From positions 1 through 20,920 of the forward strand of contig JBDRFG010000170.1 of assembly GCA_043819135.1 (NCBI GenBank): a stretch of DNA of 20,920 bases. The letters run 5' to 3'. The notes beneath the pieces are model-generated. The model was given only the letters and a program-made list of their open reading frames with translations. It was not told where the DNA came from and searched no databases. A program made the translations under genes and the position numbers. Source of the stretch: Candidatus Eiseniibacteriota bacterium. Lineage in GTDB: Bacteria > Joyebacterota > Joyebacteria > Joyebacterales > Joyebacteraceae. Below, one piece after another: positions 15,779 through 20,920 of this stretch (positions are counted from its first letter, which is position 1; each line of letters opens with the position of its first letter).

Positions 15779-16063
15779 TTACTGGACCTTCGTCCTGTGA
15801 CGGTCCTTGAGCTCGCCCGCCTTGCCCTTGTTCCACCCGCTCGTCCGTGAGAAGTAGCCCGTGACCCTGGTGATGTGGTCGACGTCTCTTCCCTGCGAGC
15901 AGGAGGTGGTAATGGCCTCGAGCGTGTTCTCCTCGACCGCCTCGAACGTTGCGTGAGTCAGCGTCTCGAACCTGTCGTTCCGGATGACGATGCCCTTGTC
16001 GTCGAGCTGGAAGTCCCAACCGTCCCGCGAGCCCAGCCAGCTCTTCAACTCATCCATCTTCAT
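15779..16063 (-). CDS. Stand-alone NrdD-type (class III RNR) glycyl-radical-loop miniprotein, 94 aa
   Basis: C-terminal [27 protein letters not shown] matches the NrdD glycyl-radical signature (R-x-x-G-Y...WNxGKxxExxDR). Strong AGGAGG RBS before ATG 16063. Confidence 0.8.
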   Translation of the reverse strand: MKMDELKSWLGSRDGWDFQLDDKGIVIRNDRFETLTHATFEAVEENTLEAITTSCSQGRDVDHITRVTGYFSRTSGWNKGKAGELKDRHRTKVQ

Positions 16064-16112
16064 CGCTACCTCCTAGCGCTGTCTCACCCCGGTGTGAAAA
16101 CCCGTGAGTCTG

Positions 16113-16331
16113 CTAGTCTACCGTCTCGGCCTCGGTCGCCCTGTTGAGGTCGGTGACGAGCGCCTCGACGTCGATCCCGTGCGCCGCCGCGCCCTCCGCG
16201 ATCGACTCGAACGACGCGACCGCGCAACCGATGCAGTGAAGACCGTGCTGCATGAATACCGGCACCGTCTCCGGGTGGCTCTTGACCACGTCGCCGATAG
16301 GCATTTCCTTTGTGATGGCCATCTCCGCCAT
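16113..16331 (-). CDS. DUF1858-like / hybrid-cluster-protein-associated redox disulfide domain protein, 72 aa
   Basis: ITKEMPIGDVVKSHPETVPVFMQHGLHCIGCAVASFESIAEGAAAHGIDVEALVTDLN, with CxxC at residues 33-36. AGGAG RBS. Confidence 0.88.
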   Translation of the reverse strand: MAEMAITKEMPIGDVVKSHPETVPVFMQHGLHCIGCAVASFESIAEGAAAHGIDVEALVTDLNRATEAETVD

Positions 16332-16377
16332 GTGACTCTCCTGTTGCTGTCGGTGAGAGTGGTGCTTCCATCACGGC

Positions 16378-16406
16378 ATAATAACCTCACCCCTCCCCCG
16401 CTTCAA
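16378..16406 (-). promoter_or_regulatory. Sigma70-type promoter upstream of the miniprotein cluster
   Basis: -35 TTGAAG (16406-16401), 17-bp spacer, and -10 TATTAT (16383-16378). Confidence 0.5.
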
Positions 16407-16440
16407 GCGTGAATTGCCATCTTCCGCCTCGAAGCGCCAC

Positions 16441-18105
16441 CTATCCGTCGAATTCTTCGCGGGCCAGCCTTCTCCGCAGCCGGGCCCCAACGAGCCGCTC
16501 CGCGGCCCACGCCAGGGCCCACAGGCCCGCGAGCATGGGCCCCGCGGCCGCCGGTCTCTCCTGCATCAGGAGCTGGAGCAGTATCAGGAGCGGGACCATC
16601 GTCGTGCCGAGGATCATGAAGAACGCGATCTGACGGCCCTGCCTGCCCCTCTCGATCTCCTGGGACAGCGGCATGTGCGGTGACGCGAGAGACAGGACCG
16701 CGAACGCCGTCAGACACATCGGGAACACCATCATCACGAAGACCGCCGCCCCGAGGACGGGCATCCTGAGGCTCAGGAGGGCGAAGAGCAGGATGAAGAA
16801 CGGCACGAGGTAGCGCCAGATGACGAGTCTGCGCGCGCCCTGCAAGACCCTGGCGAGGTTGCCGATGGGGGCAGCGAAGAAGACCCAGCTGGCCTTCCAC
16901 TGCTCGGATTGCGTCATCGCGGTAGCGAAGAACAGAGACACGAAGATGCAGTAGAGCCCCATTATCTCCTGGAGCGCGACCGGACTTCCATCCGGTGACG
17001 GGACGAACGGGCTGTGCAGGTCGTGGCGGATCAGCGCGGTGATGTAGACCGCAAGGGGCAACCCGAACGCCGGGTACACCCTCGCGCGCAGCTTTCGGTC
17101 ACGCCGCATGTAGGCGTCCATGAGGACGTACCCGGCGCGTTCCGTGCCGCTCCCGAGTGACGCGAGACCGATCCGGAAGAACGGGCGCCTTCTCGCACGA
17201 CCGTCGGTGCGTTCCTCCGCCTCGACGGGGGACGTCGTCAGTTCGGATATCTTCCTCGAGTAGTCGAGCGATATCGTGTTCATCGCGGCGGCTATTACGA
17301 CGGCGGCGCTCGCCACCGCCAACAGGGCCAGGTGCACGTCCTGGCGGCTGCCCGCTCCGGCCAGGAGCTCCACGGCGCCTGCGAACCAGGCCGGCGGCGC
17401 GGCGTAGACCCAGGCGCCCCGGTGGAACGAGAGCAGCGCCGGGTCGTCCTCGATCATCCGTGGCAGCAGGAAGTACGCGAGAACCAGCACGAGCGTGGCG
17501 CCCGAGTGCACGTAGGTCATAATGGCGGTGAAGCGCTGGTAGCTCACGATCTTGAGCGTGGCCGTGTAGACGAGCACCACCCCCGCGGCGGTCGCCAGAC
17601 ACGCGACGATGCCGCTCAGAACGTGGAAGATCCCGAAGAGAGGTCCCGGCTCGAGCGTGTAGCTGCCGACTATCGCGGCCGGCAGCGTGAGCGCCAGCGC
17701 GATGGGCGTCACGTAGAAGAACATGTTGCCCAGCTTCGCCCAGAAATAGGTGCGCGACGAGACGGGCCTGTGAGCGAGGATGTGGAAGTCGTCCGGATGG
17801 GCCACGATCGTGACGTATTCCATGATGACCGAGAGCGCGGTCATGAACATCGCCGCGCTTGTCGTGAAGAGCGAGTAGACGAAGAGGTCACCGTGGGTCC
17901 TGAGACCGACGGCCATCAGAACGCCCATCACGGCGTATGTGATGAGCGCGACGACGAAGGGAGGCACCTTGCCTCGCCCCAGGCCTCCGCGGGAGGTCCG
18001 CAAGTCGAGCTTGATGCCCACCACCAGGAGCGCCCTGAGTTGGCGCCAGTCGAGGCTGTTCTCTCCGCTCGCGCCCCGCGCTCTCCTCGCCACGACCTCC
18101 TGCAC
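16441..18105 (-). CDS. ABC-2-type exporter permease (about 12-14 TM)
   Basis: Long hydrophobic ORF with DFHILAHRPVSSRTYFWAKL and ASWVFFAAPI (duplicated halves), directly downstream of an ABC ATPase. Start placed at GTG 18105, behind AGGGAG. Confidence 0.8.
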   Translation of the reverse strand: MQEVVARRARGASGENSLDWRQLRALLVVGIKLDLRTSRGGLGRGKVPPFVVALITYAVMGVLMAVGLRTHGDLFVYSLFTTSAAMFMTALSVIMEYVTIVAHPDDFHILAHRPVSSRTYFWAKLGNMFFYVTPIALALTLPAAIVGSYTLEPGPLFGIFHVLSGIVACLATAAGVVLVYTATLKIVSYQRFTAIMTYVHSGATLVLVLAYFLLPRMIEDDPALLSFHRGAWVYAAPPAWFAGAVELLAGAGSRQDVHLALLAVASAAVVIAAAMNTISLDYSRKISELTTSPVEAEERTDGRARRRPFFRIGLASLGSGTERAGYVLMDAYMRRDRKLRARVYPAFGLPLAVYITALIRHDLHSPFVPSPDGSPVALQEIMGLYCIFVSLFFATAMTQSEQWKASWVFFAAPIGNLARVLQGARRLVIWRYLVPFFILLFALLSLRMPVLGAAVFVMMVFPMCLTAFAVLSLASPHMPLSQEIERGRQGRQIAFFMILGTTMVPLLILLQLLMQERPAAAGPMLAGLWALAWAAERLVGARLRRRLAREEFDG

Positions 18106-18115
18106 GCGCAACTCC

Positions 18116-18916
18116 CTAGTCCGCCTTCCCACCCATGACGCTCTGTGAGAACGCGTGGACGATGTCGGCAAGATCGCCGGTGGAGGTCAGCTCGCTGAAG
18201 ACGCCCTCGAGCGACGCCGCCCGGGTCAGATCCTTGAGCTCCTCGACGTTCCCGTCGGCGATCACGCGCCCGTTGTTCAGGATGACTATCCTGTCGCAGA
18301 CCTTCTCGACCACCTCGAGAACGTGGGAGCAGTAGAAGACGGTCTTGCCCTGCGAGGCCAGCTCTCGCAGAAGCTCCTTGAGGACGAGAGCCGTGTTGGC
18401 GTCGAGGCCGGACAGCGGCTCGTCGAGGAACAGCACGCTGGGGTTGTGCAGGAGCGCGGCCGAGATGAGCACTTTCTGCTTCATGCCCCGAGAGAACGAG
18501 GTCATGGTTCGACCGGAGGCGTCGGCTATCCCGAAGAGCTCGAGGAACGTCTCGGCCTTGCCCTCCGCCTCGTCGTGATCAAGGTGATAGAGGTGGCCGA
18601 TGAGTGACAGGTACTCCCGCGGCGTCAGGTTCTCGTACAGCGCACCGGTCTCCGGCACGACGCCGATCCGCGCCTTGGCCTCGAGAGGTGACTCGCAGAT
18701 GTCGAAGCCCTCTATCACGGCCGATCCGCTCGTCGGCTTGAGCATCCCGGTCGCCATCTTCACCGTCGTCGTCTTGCCGGCGCCGTTCGGTCCCAGGTAG
18801 CCGCAGATCTGTCCGCGCGGAACGGTCAGGGTCACTCCCGCGACCGCCTCCGTCTCCCCGAACTTCTTCGTCAGGTCGCGGAACACGACCGCGCCGTCAT
18901 TGCTGTGTGTGCTCAT
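18116..18916 (-). CDS. ABC transporter ATP-binding protein (exporter type)
   Basis: Walker A GPNGAGKTT, signature FSRGMKQK, Walker B LFLDEPLSGLD, H-loop YCSHVL. Confidence 0.95.
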   Translation of the reverse strand: MSTHSNDGAVVFRDLTKKFGETEAVAGVTLTVPRGQICGYLGPNGAGKTTTVKMATGMLKPTSGSAVIEGFDICESPLEAKARIGVVPETGALYENLTPREYLSLIGHLYHLDHDEAEGKAETFLELFGIADASGRTMTSFSRGMKQKVLISAALLHNPSVLFLDEPLSGLDANTALVLKELLRELASQGKTVFYCSHVLEVVEKVCDRIVILNNGRVIADGNVEELKDLTRAASLEGVFSELTSTGDLADIVHAFSQSVMGGKAD

Positions 18917-18931
18917 CGGCCGTTCTCCGCT

Positions 18932-20677
18932 CTATTGGTTCTCATCCCCGGTACTCAGAGTCGCGACCAGTCGCAGTGCCTCCGCGAGCATCGCGTCGGG
19001 CGCGCGTGGCTCCATGGCCACGACCTTGCCCCACGCCTCCAGCGCCTCCGAGTCGCGCCCGGTGCCGGCGTGCGCCCTGCCCAGTCCGATCCACGCCTCG
19101 TAGTATCGTGGATGCCGTTTGACCGCGTGTCCGAAGTGACCGGCGGCCTCGTCGAACCGCTTGAGCTCCAGCAATGCCAGGCCGAGATTGTGGCGCGCGG
19201 ACAGGTCGTCCGGATTCTCCTTGACCGCCTTCTCGAACTCCTCCGCCGCCCCCGCCATGTCACCCTGCCGGCCGAGATACATCCCGACCGCGTTGTGCAT
19301 CGCCGCAACGCCGAACTCGATGGTGTCGACTCCGACGGAGACGGCCAGGACCCCGACCGTGACCGCGGCGACGGCGAGAGTGCGCAGGTCTTTGACCAGC
19401 ACCGCCCGCCAGAGGGACTCAACCGCGTAGCCGGCGCCCACCAGAAGGACGGGCACGACCGCGAGTCTGTAGCGCCCCGTGATGAAGAAGGGCACGACCG
19501 ACGCCATGAACGTCAGCCCGAACAGGACCAGCAGCCCAACCTGCTTCCGCCTCTTGAGCGCCAGGCCGATGCCGAAGAGACCGAGCGGCGCGACCACACC
19601 GAACGTGCCGATCGGGATCTGGAGGACGGGGGCGAACTCCCGCACGTAGTACAGGTGGTAGTGGTTGGGGATCTCGTAGTGGTTCCAGAAGAGCACGGAC
19701 TTTCGACCCATGAGCCTGAGCCAGCGCCCCGGACTTCCCAGAATGTGCGTGAGCGTCCTGTCGGTCCAGAAATCGGACACCTCCCCCGCCGACAGCGCGC
19801 GTCCTGTCTCTCGCTCCGCCGCCTCCTTCGACGCCACCCTGAGGTCGAAGCGCATCTCCGGGGGCACCTGGAACACCCCGGGGGAGCCCGCGTGGTTGCC
19901 GATGAAGAAGTTGATGCCGCCGTTGGAGGAGACGGGAATGAAGTCGCCCTCGGCCCGGTAGTTGTGGATGGTCGCAGGGAGGATCACCGCGCCCGCGGCG
20001 GCGAAGAAGAGGACCGCGGGAAGCAGGCGGACTAGACCGCTCTTGCTGCGTGCCCGTCCGTGAAACGCCAGCCACAGCGCGCCCACAGGAGCGAAGAGAA
20101 GCAGGTTCGGCTTCCCGAGGCCCGCGAGGCCGAGGAGGGCGCCCGACGCTACGACCTTCCACTTGCTGAGGGTCGGGTCGGCGAGCTGAAGGAGGACCAG
20201 CGACCCCATCAGGAACGTGATGACCAGCGTGATCTCGAGGACCTCCCCCTCGAAGAAGATCAGCGGGACGTAGACGGCCGCGAGAAAGGCCGCGACGAGC
20301 CCCGCCCTAGTCCCGGCGGTCAGCCGTCCCAGCAGGAACACGAGCGCGACAGACAGCGTTCCGGCGCACGACTGCACCACTCTGATCGCGTGGAAGCTCG
20401 ACCCTCCGAGCCTGGCGACGAGGGCCAGGAAGAAGGGGTAGAACGGGCTCGAATGGAAGTACGCGTGGTCTGGAACCATCTTTCCCTGTGCGATGTCGCG
20501 CGCCTGTGCGAAGTAGACGGCGGGATCGCCCATGAGCGTTCTGAAGAGCGGATGGTCCTGGATCTCGCTGAGGTAGACGAGGCGCAGGGTGAGAGCGAGG
20601 GCCACGATCGCACCCAGGGCCAGCCAGTCGCCCCGGGTCACCGCGCGTTCTGTTCCGTTTGCCGGTGTCGGATTCAA
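18932..20677 (-). CDS. PMT/ArnT-like (GT-C) glycosyltransferase with C-terminal TPR repeats
   Basis: ALTLRLVYL..GDPAVYFAQA..HSSPFYPFFLA, LGKPNLLLF, SSNGGINFFIGNH, FFITGRYRL, then TPRs (MHNAVGMYL..ARHNLGLALL..AWIGLGRAH). TTG 20677 overlaps the upstream TGA (TTGA); GTG 20641 is an alternative start. Confidence 0.82.
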   Translation of the reverse strand: MNPTPANGTERAVTRGDWLALGAIVALALTLRLVYLSEIQDHPLFRTLMGDPAVYFAQARDIAQGKMVPDHAYFHSSPFYPFFLALVARLGGSSFHAIRVVQSCAGTLSVALVFLLGRLTAGTRAGLVAAFLAAVYVPLIFFEGEVLEITLVITFLMGSLVLLQLADPTLSKWKVVASGALLGLAGLGKPNLLLFAPVGALWLAFHGRARSKSGLVRLLPAVLFFAAAGAVILPATIHNYRAEGDFIPVSSNGGINFFIGNHAGSPGVFQVPPEMRFDLRVASKEAAERETGRALSAGEVSDFWTDRTLTHILGSPGRWLRLMGRKSVLFWNHYEIPNHYHLYYVREFAPVLQIPIGTFGVVAPLGLFGIGLALKRRKQVGLLVLFGLTFMASVVPFFITGRYRLAVVPVLLVGAGYAVESLWRAVLVKDLRTLAVAAVTVGVLAVSVGVDTIEFGVAAMHNAVGMYLGRQGDMAGAAEEFEKAVKENPDDLSARHNLGLALLELKRFDEAAGHFGHAVKRHPRYYEAWIGLGRAHAGTGRDSEALEAWGKVVAMEPRAPDAMLAEALRLVATLSTGDENQ

Positions 20678-20919
20678 GGCAGGGACTCGCCTATCGTGAT
20701 GGCGCGGGCGATCGCCGACGCGTGGATCTCCGCCGTGTCGCTCGTCCGTTCCGCGTATCCGCCTGCGAGGGTGACCACGAACGGGACACCTCTTGAGGCG
20801 CACGCGGACATGACGGTCTCGTCTCGGTCGGCGAGGTCCTGCTTCGTGAGCGCCAGTCCCCCGAGAAGGTCGTGCTCATACGCGTCTGCGCCCGCCACGT
20901 AGAGGACCAGTTCCGGCGA
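20674..20919 (-). CDS. Histone-deacetylase-family (Zn-dependent) protein, C-terminal part
   Basis: Frame is open from the window edge: SPELVLYVAGADAYEHDLLGGLALT..RDETV..VPFVVTLAGGY, containing the AGxD..D.LG and GGY motifs. Confidence 0.85.
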   Translation of the reverse strand, partial: SPELVLYVAGADAYEHDLLGGLALTKQDLADRDETVMSACASRGVPFVVTLAGGYAERTSDTAEIHASAIARAITIGESLP

Positions 20920-20920
20920 G

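Noticed and set aside
1..20920. Prophage, IS element or defence island at the terminus
   Set aside because: No integrase, transposase, Rep, phage structural or defence-like genes were recognised, and no second dif-like copy was seen.

Overview
GC-rich bacterial chromosomal window of mostly housekeeping and envelope genes, with no rRNA, tRNA, CRISPR array or recognisable transposase/integrase. All 11 plausible genes from 1 to 13005 are on the + strand: HAD phosphatase/polyprenol-kinase fusion, nucleotide-sugar dehydrogenase and epimerase, degenerate NtrC-type regulator, lptE-like, holA, nth, OmpP1/FadL-like barrel, leuS, a frameshifted GT-C-like membrane protein, and a partial ORF at the left edge. 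All 9 genes from 13463 to 20920 are on the - strand: TPR protein, secreted lamin-tail-like protein ending in SWGTVKALYR, three very small redox/radical-type proteins, an ABC exporter pair, a PMT/ArnT-like glycosyltransferase with TPRs, and a partial HDAC-family deacetylase. A 28-bp XerC/XerD dif-like site lies at the convergence point (13205-13232), so the window probably contains the replication terminus. The best candidate for a little-described system is the three-miniprotein cluster at 15478-16331: a CxxC DUF1858-like domain, a stand-alone NrdD-type glycyl-radical loop protein and an 8-Cys miniprotein. The host looks like a diderm anaerobe, possibly an FCB-associated candidate phylum (inference only). 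All family calls come from motif recognition by eye; no database searches were run.
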